A stretch of DNA of 64,000 nt from Eledone cirrhosa (Eukaryota). Below the pieces are notes generated by a model, which ran no database searches, had not been told where the DNA came from, and saw only the letters and a list, made by a program, of their open reading frames with translations. A program made the translations under genes and the position numbers. Shown here in pieces: positions 1 through 10,569 of the stretch. Location: assembly GCA_964016885.1 (NCBI GenBank), contig OZ024741.1, positions 271,622,001 to 271,686,000 on the forward strand, in the 5' to 3' direction. Every line of letters begins with the position of its first letter. The stretch's first letter is position 1.

Positions 1-1505
1 ACACTGACCACAGTATACACAATAAACACCTCACATAATTCACCATTCTCCTACACTGACCACAGTATACACATTAAACACCTCACATAAGTCACCATTC
101 TCCTACACTGACCACAGTATATACATTAAACACCTCAAATAAGTCACCATTCTCCTACACTGACCACAGTATACACATTTAAAACCTAAAATAAGTCACC
201 ATTCTCCTACACTGTCCACAGTATATACATTAAACACCTGACATAAGTCACCATTCTCCTACACTGACCACAGTATATACATTAAACACCTCACATAAGT
301 CACCATTCTCCTACACTGACCACAGTATACATTAAACACCTCACATAAGTCACCATTCTCCAACACTGACCACAGTATACATTAAACACCTTACATAAGT
401 CACCATTCTCCTACACTGACCACAGTATATACATTAAACACCTCACATAAGTTACCCTTCTCCTACACTGACCACAGTATATACATTAAACACCTCACAT
501 AAGTCACCCTTCTCCTACACTGACCACAGTATACACATTAAACACCTCACATAAGTCACCATTCTCCAACACTGATCACAGTATACATTAAACACCTCAC
601 ATAAGTCACCCTTCTCTTACACTGACCACAGTATATACATTAAACACCTCACATAAGTCACCATTCTCCAACACTGACCACAGTATACATTAAACACCTC
701 ACATAAGTCACCATTCTCCTACACTGACCACAGTATATACATTAAACACCTCACATAAGTCACCATTCTCCTACACTGACCACAGTATACATTAAACACC
801 TCACATAAGTCACCATTCTCTTACACTGACCACAATATACACATTAAACACCTTAAATAAGTCACCATTCTCCTACACTGACCACAGTATATACATTAAA
901 CACCTCACATAAGTCACCATTCTCCTACACTGCCCACAGTATACATTAAACACCTCACATAAGTCACCATTCTCTTACACTGACCACAATATACACATTA
1001 AACACCTCACATCAGTCACCATTCTCCTACACTGAGCACAGTATATACATTAAACACCTCACATAAGTCACCATTCTGCTACACTGACCACAGTATATAC
1101 ATTAAACACCTCACATAACTCACCCTTCTCCTACACTGACCACAGTATACACATTAAACACCTCACATAAGTCACCATTCTCCAACACTGACCACAGTAT
1201 ACATTAAACACCTCACATAAGTCACCATTCTCCTACACTGACCACAGTATATACATTAAACACCTCACATAAGTCACCATTCTCCTACACTGACCACAGT
1301 ATACACATTAAACACCTCACATAAGTCACCATTCTCCAACACTGACCACAGTATACATTAAATACCTCACATAAGTCACCAATCTCCAACACTGACCACA
1401 GTATACATTAAACACCTCACATAAGTCACCCTTCTCCTACACTGACCACAGTATATACATTAAACACCTCACATAAGTCACCATTCTCTTACACTGACCA
1501 CACAG
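1..1505. repeat. Minisatellite, 52-bp unit (50-bp variants), ~29 copies, open at window start
   Basis: Unit ACACTGACCACAGTATATACATTAAACACCTCACATAAGTCACCATTCTCCT restarts at 1, 53, 105 and onward, with few substitutions. Confidence 0.97.
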
Positions 1506-2416
1506 TAAAACAAATACGTATATATTGTACTCATGATGGTGCTCTTCACTTTCTAAACTGTTAAAGTACACTTTTAATATAATATACTCGTCTTCTGGTG
1601 ATGTATACCTGGTTATTTTGGTACCTCTGTAAATTAATTTGTAACTTTTTCTGCACAAATATATATTGATATCATAACCACTTCCATTATTGATTTATTG
1701 ATTCATTGATTCATTGATCTGTATATAAGCTGATATCCTATGTTAATAAACTCTGATGATACCAATTTTGAACCTATTTCTGATGATTGAAATATAAAAT
1801 CATAATGGAACCTTAGATAAAAACTCCTTGTTCTTAAGAAAATTCTAAGATTCCTGATTTTATAATCTCACATCCTCCGGTTTAATCTCCATCAGTTGAA
1901 ATGTGTTAGTTTGACAGCATATTGACTCTTTGGTGTTTCTTATTCTTTAAAATCAGCTCTATATTGAACCCTATTACATCGCGTGACTATCTCCCCCTCC
2001 GCCTTTTGGGATTCTTTCTCACGTCGTGTAGACGCGTTCTTGAGACTAGTAAAATGAGGTATCCTCTTGATAAGTCGGCAGACCTCGCAAGGACTCTATA
2101 TCTTTGATATATTGTTTTTGTTTATGCCACGAAACTACGTAGTCGAGGAATTTAGGAACAGTTTAGGTATGATACATTTTATTACTAATTATATCTAAAT
2201 GTTTCTTCTCTCTTCATAATGTATTTTTAACTCTGATACTGGTTCAGTCTAGTTCAAACTGAATTGGTCTGTCCCAGTCATTCATTGAGCAACATCGGTG
2301 AAGTTGGCACCCTTAACTCACAGTTGGGTGCGGATGCATTCATGTATATATGTGTGTGTCCGCATGTATCTGTGTGTTTCTAAATATATATATATATATA
2401 TATAGGAACAAGTATG

Positions 2417-2512
2417 ACCCCGACGGCAGAGCTCAAGCCGTTTCGACGGCTAATTCTGGACTAAATAAGAATTTTTAGCCTGGTAAATAAATAGCCGAAC
2501 TTTTCAGGGGGT
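2417..2512 (-). ncRNA. Type I hammerhead-ribozyme-like motif (degenerate core), probable Penelope-like element relic
   Basis: Minus strand reads acccc-CTGAAAA-stem II (cggcta/tagccg, long loop)-GAAA-cggc ttgagctct gccg-TC-ggggt. All three stems pair; the core has G8>A. Confidence 0.55.
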
Positions 2513-2754
2513 AATTCCTTATATCGGAAGATAGTAATTGTCAAAAGGATTGGTCAAAAATTTGTCGTAAAGAGAGATGATTCTATCATGGCATTTGGTG
2601 GGAGGTAGGGGTAGCTGAACTTGCCGGTAGAACAAAGAGGGAGTGGGGGAAACCCAGTCAAGCGTTGAAAGTATTGAGTACTTTGGTGCGTTATGGTCCA
2701 TCTGGTTCCTTACCACATTTCCTTTGTTATATATATATATATATATAATTCTCA

Positions 2755-3072
2755 GACTGGTGATGTGTTGTTTCCTTGAGCAACTTTATTTCACATTGCT
2801 CCAGTTTACTCAGCTGTAGAAATGAGATGATAGGACTGGAGTCCCTACCATTCCACTTCAAAGTGGTCGCGTAGGCGCCATGGAAAAAAAAGCACCCAGC
2901 ACTCACTGTAAATGAGGTTGGTGTTAGGAAGGGCATCCAGCTGTAGAAATCAAGCCAGAATCAGTTCCCATATGAGCAAGACAAGGTCAGCCGACCGGAC
3001 ACTGCCCACAACAGGACAACCCGTCGAACCCATGCTAGTGTGGAAGAACGGACGTAAAACAGTGATGATGAT
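2755..3072 (+). mobile_element. tRNA-derived CORE-like SINE with RTE-type 3' tail (5'-truncated copy)
   Basis: ccttgagcaa...cagtttactcagctgtagaaatgag resembles the MIR/CORE domain. Tail ggttggtgttaggaagggcatccagc...ggacgt(GAT)n is shared with the RTE 3' end at ~12480-12643. Confidence 0.75.
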
Positions 3073-3173
3073 ATATATATATATATGTGTGTGTGTGTGT
3101 ATATATATAAGATTTAATATAGAAATGGCTTCTACAGGGCTAGAACTGTCATCAGGAAGGCACACACATGTGT

Positions 3174-3505
3174 CATCATCATCATCATATGTCCGTTTTT
3201 CCCTGCTTGCAAGGGTGGGACGGGAACTGACTCTGGCTTGATTTCTACAGATGGATGCCCTTCCTAACACCAACCTCATTTACAGTGAGTGCTGGGTGAT
3301 TTTTTGCCGTGGCACCTCCACGACCACTTTGCAGTAGAATGATAGGGACCCCAGTCCCTATCATCTCATTTCTACAACTGAGTAAACTGGAGCAATGTGA
3401 AATAAAGTGTCTTGCTCAAGGAAACAACACATCACCTGGTCTAAGAATTGAACTCACAACCTTTCGATTGCAAGGCCAATGCTCTAACCACTAAGCCATG
3501 TGCCT
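3174..3505 (-). mobile_element. tRNA-derived CORE-like SINE, near full length
   Basis: Minus strand has A-box-like TGGCTTAGTGG and B-box-like GAGTTCAATTC, then the CORE-like segment, the RTE-type tail and (GAT)n. Confidence 0.8.
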
Positions 3506-3573
3506 ACATGTGTGTGTATTTATATATACACACATATACATACACATATCCACACACATATATACATATATAT

Positions 3574-3614
<41 letters not shown>

Positions 3615-3676
3615 AATCAAAATTCAAGCAACTTAAGTTTGACTGTATATATAATTCTGTCCATATATATTTCTAG

Positions 3677-3894
3677 GAGATTGGACCATCTTTGCACCAT
3701 CTGATCAGGCTTTTCAAGAGTTTGGCTCCAACTTTATTAACAATTTGAAGAATGACTCCGCTGCACTTGAAGCCTTTCTCAAATACCATGTTGTAAAAGG
3801 CCGATATATGTTTGAGGACCTTCAGAGAAATGATATGGAATTGGTCTCCGTTGCTGGAACGAAGATTCGCGTGAATGTTTATCGAGCAAATCGG
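3677..3894 (+). CDS. FAS1-domain protein (TGFBI/periostin-like), internal exon A
   Basis: ttctag acceptor at 3671-3676. Encodes DWTIFAPSDQAF...FLKYHVVKG...KIRVNVYRANR (FAS1 H1 TxFAP motif and YH motif). Donor gtaaaa at 3895, phase 0. Confidence 0.9.
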
Positions 3895-3924
3895 GTAAAA
3901 GAAACATTATATTATTATTACTGC

Positions 3925-4710
3925 TTTAAAGGTTGCCAGAATCAGTTGAGCGTCGGACAATGTGCTTTGCGGCACAGAGTTACAGCCCTTTACGTTCTGA
4001 AGTTCTAAGTTCTAATCCCACCAAGGTTAGCTTTCCTTTTCATACTTACAGAGTCGATAAAATAAAATACCAGTAATATACTTGGGTTGATTTAATCGAC
4101 TTATCCCTCCCCCCCAAAAAAAATTGCTGGCCTTGTGTCTAAATGTGAAACCCTTATTATTACTGTTTTAGTATTACTGCAGCTAGATTGGCACTAATTG
4201 ATAGAGCATCGAGCAACATACTTGGTGGCATATAGATATGGCCCTTTACATTCTGAGTTCAAATCCTGCTTTGCTTTTCATCCTTACGGATTGATAAAAT
4301 ATAATTACCAGTAATGCATTGGGGTTAATTTAATCGATATTCCTCTTCCCTTCAAATTGCTGGACTTGTGCCAAAAGTAGAAACAATTATTATTATTACT
4401 CATAATCCCGCCGAGGTTAACTTTGCCTTTCATCCTTACGGGGTTGATAAAATAAAGTACCAGTAATGCACTGGGTAATTGCTGGCCTTGTGCCTAACGT
4501 AGAAACAATTATTATTACTCATAACGCTTTTGTACTGGCAGATGTTATACCAACACTATACCAAAAAAGCAAACCCTAGCCAATGGCCAAAGGTCATTTG
4601 GGTCATTAAGGGTGGTGGATTGGAAGGCATTAAGGGTGGTGGATTGGATTTGTTGTGGCTCTTTATGTTCTGAGTTCATATCCTGCCAAAGTCAAGTTTG
4701 CTTTTTGTCC
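3925..4710 (+). mobile_element. Cluster of 3-4 tandem, partly truncated copies of a second SINE family (Meta/Sauria-like central domain, tentative)
   Basis: Recurrent ctgagttcaaatcc...ctttgcctttcatccttacggggtcgataaaataaagtaccagtaa...gctggccttgtgcc...gaaac(att)n at about 3925-4160, 4180-4400, 4405-4520 and partially 4600-4710. Confidence 0.75.
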
Positions 4711-4714
4711 TTGG

Positions 4715-5120
4715 AGACAGTTGATCCCCAAGCTAGACCAGCCAAGATCATGGATGTTATCCAACCATCTTGCTCAGGGTCTACCCCTGGGTCTCCTGCC
4801 AGTTGGTTTTGCCCATAAATTCTGTCCAGTGATTCTTTCCTGAGACATTCTAACCATATGTCCATAGTATCGGAGCTGTGATCTCTCAATTCGGAGAAGT
4901 AGCGACTCTACCTCGAGCGACTCCCTGATCTCCAGGCTAGGCACTTTATCAAATAACATTACTCCAAAGACTCTTCAGGAGAACCCCATTTTGGCCACTA
5001 GTATTCAGGATCATATTCTTTTGGTCATTACCCAAGATTCATGAACATCAGTAAGGGTTGGCACAAATACCAAATTGAAGACATCAAGTTTGACTTTTAC
5101 ACCTACCTCCCTTCTAACTA
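4715..5120 (-). mobile_element. Degenerate RTE-clade LINE fragment (ORF C-terminus)
   Basis: ORF 4774-4959 reads IRESLEVESLLLRIERSQLRYYGHMVRM...GRRPRGRP, the typical RTE LRWxGHxxRM...GRP motif. Confidence 0.75.
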
Positions 5121-5821
5121 CCATGCTGTAGCTGGATTGGTTAAATCATTGAAGAGTTGGACGGCTGCAACTTAAAAAAGTCTGTCTCCCCTCTACTCAT
5201 ATTTAAAGAGAGTTAGGAGTTGGGATATGTGGATGAAGCCTGAGGTAGGGATTTTAGGGGATGTCTTAGCTCTAATATAGACATTTAGTTCAATTTTGGC
5301 TCAGTTTTTACGAATTTAATTTTTATGAGTTTGTAATCCGATGGTCTTGTCCACTAGATGTTTTGTTTATTGTTGGCTTTGTTTTCTGAGTGCTTTGTTT
5401 ATGTATAGGGCAGTCGATGATTGCTTGCATTTGTTCTATATATGCGTATATAGTGTATATATGTGTAGTGTAGTAAACGTATATTTAGGGTAGTTATCAA
5501 ATGTGAATATATATATATATATACACACATGTATGTGAGGGTTGTATATCAAATAATATATATGTATGTATATGTGTGTGTGCGTGTGTGTGTGTGCATG
5601 TGTTCCAGTTGTTCAACATAGTGCATGGAAAGAAACAGTGCAGTTATTAATGAGAAGAGTTGAAATTAATGACTGCATGATTTCACAGCTCTAGCATCAC
5701 TTCTTCATAGTCAGCCTATGAACTATACAGCTAATCTTGTATATGTCAGCCACCACCTTTAAAATTCATAGCTAAAGGCTTTCAAATGTTTATACGTGTG
5801 TGTATATATATATATATATAA

Positions 5822-6072
5822 AGTGGTTGTGCAGGTATCACGACAAAAAGCACCCAGTCCATGCTGTAAAGTTGTCATGTAGGTGACACGGCAAACAGCA
5901 TTCAGTACACACTGTAAATGTGGCTGGAGTTAGGAATAGCACCCAGCCGTAGAAACCAAGCCAAATCAGTTCTGTGTAAGCAAATCAAGGTCCCCTGACC
6001 TGATCCCTCACATGGGATAGCCTGACCTACCCATGCTAGCATGGTAGATGGATGTTAAGCAATGATGATGTG
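5822..6072 (+). mobile_element. RTE/SINE 3'-tail fragment
   Basis: cacccagtcc..ctgtaaa subrepeats, ttaggaatagcacccagccgtagaaa and ggatgttaag..(GAT)n end, matching 12390-12643. Confidence 0.7.
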
Positions 6073-6237
6073 ATAAAGATATATATATATATATATATAC
6101 AGGAGGGTCAGCTAAGAACTTCATAAGCTGACCAAGACACCCTCATGGAATGACCAAATGAGGTTTATTCTTTCAACATAGTCCCTAGAAAGAAACAATA
6201 TAGTTATTAATAATACGAGTTGAAATTAATGACTTAA

Positions 6238-6653
6238 CCCTTTAGCGTTTACATTACTCTATATTTACTATTGTATTTTCACAGTAAAGGCTTTATCTCA
6301 CATAATTATCTCACGTAACATCGAATCTGAGATTTTGATATTATTTATATAGGGCGGTGAATTGGCAGTATCGGTAGAGGGTTGGATTATGCTTTCCAGC
6401 ATAGTTACGTCCCTTTACGATCTGAGTTCAATTCCCGCCGAGGTTAACTTTGCCTTTCATCCTTATGGGGTCGATAAAATAAAGCACCAGTAATGTACTG
6501 GAATAATTGCTGGCCTTGTGCCAAAAAGTAGAAACAATTATTTATATTGAAAACAATACCTTAACATCAGTATGACTAGCCAGTTACAGCCGGTTTGAAC
6601 AGAAAGAGATGAGAGAATTCTGGCCAGATACAGCCAGTTTAACTGCTAAAGGG
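6238..6653. mobile_element. piggyBac-like non-autonomous DNA transposon (MITE) containing a nested SINE
   Basis: TTAA flanks at 6234-6237 and 6654-6657. Terminal inverted repeats CCCTTTAGC / GCTAAAGGG. Confidence 0.75.
6351..6545 (+). mobile_element. SINE (second family), nested inside the MITE
   Basis: agggcggtgaattggcagtatcggtaga head, B-box-like gagttcaattcc, gcctttcatcc..gggtcgataaaat core and gaaacaattatt tail. Confidence 0.8.
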
Positions 6654-6747
6654 TTAATGCATGCAAGATTTCACAGCTCTTGCATCACTCCTTCATAATC
6701 AGCCTCTGAACTTTTTGACCTACCCTCATACTTCTTTCTCTCTGCAG

Positions 6748-6934
6748 GTTGTTACTGTTGAAGGATGTCGGCTGGTAAGTGTCAACAATGTTGCCTCTAA
6801 TGGTATCTTATACATCATAGATGAAATAATGCTCGCTCCTTCAGACAATCTCTACCAGACTTTGCTCAACCAACCAAAATTCTCGATCATGACTTCCCTG
6901 CTTGAGAAGAGTAACTTACACTTGGAATTAGTGA
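6748..6934 (+). CDS. FAS1-domain protein, internal exon B
   Basis: Polypyrimidine tract and ctgcag acceptor. Encodes VVTVEGCRLVSVNNVASNGILYIIDEIM (FAS1 H2 motif) then the start of the next FAS1 domain (NLYQTL..FSIMTSLLEKSNL). Donor gtaagt at 6935, phase 1, matching the next exon. Confidence 0.92.
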
Positions 6935-6967
6935 GTAAGTAATAGCAATGATAATAATATTGTTATA

Positions 6968-7077
6968 TCGTCATCATTATCATCATCATCATCGTCGTCA
7001 TCACCATCATCATCACCACCGCCATCATCATCATCACCACCACCACCATTATCATCATCATCATCACCACCACCACC

Positions 7078-7130
<53 letters not shown>

Positions 7131-7180
7131 CATCATCATAACCACCACCATCATCATCACCATCATCATCATCATCAACA
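6968..7180. repeat. (CAT/CAC)n trinucleotide microsatellite
   Basis: Directly visible; it produces the poly-His, poly-Asp and poly-Met pseudo-ORFs. Confidence 0.95.
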
Positions 7181-7528
7181 TTATCAGTTTTGCGCCAATT
7201 TTTCCATGCTAGCATGGGCTGGATGTCACATTTTGAGTCTAAAAGCTCCTGTCATATATCTGCCCTTCCTAAAGCCAAACCTTAGATACAAATCTGTGCC
7301 TCTCTATGTCACAGCAGGCTACTAAGAAATATATTTTAATCTTATTCTTATTTTAATGGATACCCACTTGATTATATGCTGAGGTATCTATATGCATGCT
7401 TATGCAAATATATACCCACACATTTGCGCATACATACATGGATGCGCATATGGACTTATATACATAGATATATACATATATATATAAATATATATAAAAA
7501 TATTATAAATAAATATATATATATATAT

Positions 7529-8091
7529 ACGATATATTAACAAATGGAAACTGTATTTATAAAACCATATTTATTTCATTATACATATTTCAAGGAAACC
7601 AAGTTAAATTATGGTGTGCTTTCATCAGATAAAATATAATATAGATCAGTTTTATAAATAAATATTGACATACCCTTAAAGAAGGGTATCATCATCATCA
7701 TCATCATCATCATGATACCCTTAAAGAATGCGACCATTTCTGTTGGAAGCTCCCGGATAGTGGGGTTATAAATTTATTTATACTATTATGCAATAGATTT
7801 AAAATAAGCCGTTGGGGTACCCCAACGGCTTATTTTAAATCTACTGTGATTTAAAAATATCCGACACTAATTTGCATAATAGTATAAATAAATTTATAAC
7901 CCCACTATCCGGGAGCTTCCAACAGAAATGGTCGCATTCTTTAAGGGTATGTCAATATTTATTTATAAAACTGATCTATATTATAATTTATCTGATGAAA
8001 GCACACCATAATTTAACTTGGTGTCCTTGAAATATGTATAATGAAATAAATATGGTTTTATAAATATAGTTTCCATTTGTTAATATATCGT
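7529..8091. repeat. ~560-bp foldback inverted repeat with a perfect 50-bp palindrome in the loop
   Basis: 7529-7793 is the reverse complement of ~7872-8091 apart from a (CAT)n insert. 7794-7843 TAGATTTAAAATAAGCCGTTGGGGT|ACCCCAACGGCTTATTTTAAATCTA is a perfect palindrome. Confidence 0.93.
7987..8045 (+). ncRNA. Minimal type I hammerhead-ribozyme-like motif (antisense twin at 7575-7633)
   Basis: tttat-CTGATGA-aagcacacca/tggtgtcctt (stem II, 9 of 10 pairs)-GAAA-tatgta-TA-atgaa. Core intact, stem I weak and AU-rich. Confidence 0.55.
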
Positions 8092-8189
8092 ATTTTTACT
8101 CCAATAATTTGTTGAGTGCTTTATATCAGTTATAAAAATATTTGCTTGTTGTATCCCAACAATTTAAATAGAACTTCTATATATATATA

Positions 8190-8850
8190 TATATTTGAAA
8201 AAAAGGAAAAGAATGACTTCACTTGTAGTGGTAAAAAATGTTTGATTTAATTTTATAATATAATATTATGAGTTGGTAGATCCAGTAAGTTCTTTGTTAA
8301 CTTCGGTGGGAAGAATTTTAAAGATTCCTGGTTAACTTGGGTTGGAGAACTTTCTCGCATTCGTCTGTCTGTGGCGATTGTCAAACTGAGATCAGGTTGT
8401 GTTGAAATGTGTGACTATATATAAGAGAGATTTGGATGTGTCTGGGATGTGGGGTGTGGTGTTAATGAGTGTTGATGATGATGAAGGTCCAGAGGAATTA
8501 AAGCATACATACATACACACACACATATATATACACTCAGAAAATGGTGAGGTTGTAAGATAAGGGCGTTTGAGAAGGTGGTTGTAAACATACTCTCCTG
8601 CTGGTTTTATTTCATTAGCTGACCTTTGATGAGTATATAATGGCATAGCTGAATCAACTCTTCCAAATCCATAAAGAATATCTTCTACAAATTTCTATAA
8701 CAAAGATGAATTTAGGTGCTGTCTTGGTTTTAATCAGGTGTAAGATACATGTCTTTTGATAATAATGGGATGACAGGAAAAAGAGAAAAGAAGGATAGTT
8801 TGGGAACATTTGTCAAAGATGTGTTGTTGATATTGGTTTGGGAGAGGAAA
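8190..8850. repeat. Left arm of a dispersed inverted repeat (unclassified repeat, partner at 13099-13618)
   Basis: Near-identical reverse complement of 13099-13618. Shared translation CFNSSGPSSSSTLINTT.HIPDTSKSLLYI appears in ORFs 8392(-) and 13139(+). Confidence 0.9.
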
Positions 8851-8934
8851 AAACCCTCAGAGGTACAATAACATTTCATTAATTTCCTCTTCCCACACCA
8901 ATGTATATATGAACTTAAACACTTTAGTAGATGT

Positions 8935-9394
8935 GTATACATCTATACATATATGTATAAATAGATGTGTTTTTTATATGTGTCTGTAGGTATACATATA
9001 TATGTGTATATGTTTATGTGTATGTGTGCATATGTGTGTGTGTATATATATATATATGTGTGTGTATGTATGCACGTGCGTATGTGTGAGATAGATATGT
9101 GTATATATATATATGTATATGTATATGTATGTGTGGATATGTGTATAATATATTTATATGTATATATATGTAGTATATATATATATGTATATGTAAAAAA
9201 TATATATATATGTAGAAGGTATAAAATGTGTATATATGGAATATATATGTGTATGTATGTGTATATAAAATGTGTGGAATATATATATGTGTATATGTAT
9301 GTATATGTATATGTGTATATGTGTGTAATTATATATGTGTGTGTGTATATATATGTGTGTATGTATGTATAAAATATATGTGTGTGTATGGGAG

Positions 9395-9434
<40 letters not shown>

Positions 9435-9692
9435 ATATATGTGGGAGAGATATATATAATATGTATAGTGTATATATAGGATGTATATGATATATGTGTG
9501 GGATATATGGGTGGCATATGTATAGGATATATATAGTGTGTATATAAAATGTATGTATGGTATATGTGAAAAAAATATATATATGGTGTGTGTATAGGAT
9601 ATATATATGTATGTAAAAAAAATATATATGTGCGTATATATGGTGTGTATATATATATGTATGTGCATGAAATATATGTATATGTACGTATA

Positions 9693-9726
<34 letters not shown>
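8935..9726. repeat. Compound (TA)/(TG) low-complexity tract
   Basis: Directly visible. Confidence 0.95.
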
Positions 9727-9730
<4 letters not shown>

Positions 9731-10043
9731 TGTTGTTTCCTTGAGCAAGACACTTTATTTCACATTGCTCCAGTTTACTCAGCTGTAGAAATGAGATGAT
9801 AGGGACTGGGGTCCCTATCATTCCACTGCAAAATGGTCGTGAAGGTGCCATGGCAAAATAGCACCCAGCCCACACTGTAAAGTGGACGTGTAGGCGCCAC
9901 GGAAAAAAAGCACCCAGCCCACACTGTAAATGAGGTTGGTGTTAGGAAGGGCATCCAGCTGTAGAAATCAAGCCAGAATCAGTTCCCGGCCCACCCTTGC
10001 AAGCAGGGAAAAGCGGACGTAAAATGATGATGATGATGATGAT
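9726..10043 (+). mobile_element. CORE-like SINE with RTE tail (5'-truncated, tail subrepeat duplicated)
   Basis: Aligns to 2760-3070 and to the reverse complement of 3174-3435; ends in (GAT)n. Confidence 0.8.
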
Positions 10044-10093
10044 ATAGAGTGACGAAACATAAGTCAATTGCATGAACTCATAATCCTTTATTT

Positions 10094-10149
10094 ACTGCTA
10101 TATATATTTCGATGATAGCCATTGTATGGCTATGACCTCACCAGGCAGT
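10094..10149 (-). ncRNA. Minimal type I hammerhead-ribozyme-like motif (core A6>G)
   Basis: Minus strand reads actgc-CTGGTGA-ggtcatagcca tacaa tggctatcatc-GAAA-tatata-TA-gcagt. Stem I is perfect and stem III is palindromic. Confidence 0.6.
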
Positions 10150-10301
10150 TAGTAAGTTCTTATATATGTATGTGTATATGTGAGATATTTTTGAAATATT
10201 TACTTCTGCGTTCACAGATTGACTTTTTTAGTTTCAGAAGATCCCATTAAGGGTGAAAGCAGCGATTCTTTGCTTAAACTTTAATCTGTTATTTTAATAA
10301 A

Positions 10302-10333
<32 letters not shown>

Positions 10334-10418
10334 ACGGCATTCCTGTCTTAACGACATCACAACTTTTGTTTTCATCTTTGTCTCTCTCAATTTTCACTTT
10401 CACCTGTTTTTTCCTATC

Positions 10419-10457
<39 letters not shown>

Positions 10458-10569
10458 ATGTACATGATATGTATAATATATATGTATGTTTAGTGTGTAT
10501 GTGTATGTGTGTATAAAATATATATATATATATATATGTGTGTGTGTATATATATAATATATATATACA

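Noticed and set aside
1922-2345. Possible upstream FAS1 exon
   Set aside because: No frame with a convincing FAS1 or signal-peptide sequence and matching splice phase was found.
3440-3505. tRNA gene
   Set aside because: The A/B boxes belong to a SINE head that continues into the SINE body; there is no complete cloverleaf.
6931-6936. Alternative donor gtgagt at 6931
   Set aside because: It would be phase 0 and frameshift exon C; only the donor at 6935 keeps the frame.
6928-7325. Poly-His, poly-Asp and poly-Met ORFs
   Set aside because: They arise from an intronic (CAT/CAC)n microsatellite.
8943-9875. 310-aa Y/I/H/T-rich ORF and similar ORFs at 12491-13110 and 15338-15553
   Set aside because: They are translations of (TA)/(TG) low-complexity DNA.
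10230-10270. Additional hammerhead-like fragments (cagaaga..gaaa here, gaaacgttcgtc at ~13720 minus, ctgatga at 14541)
   Set aside because: Each lacks half of the core or a pairing stem I, so they are too degenerate to call.
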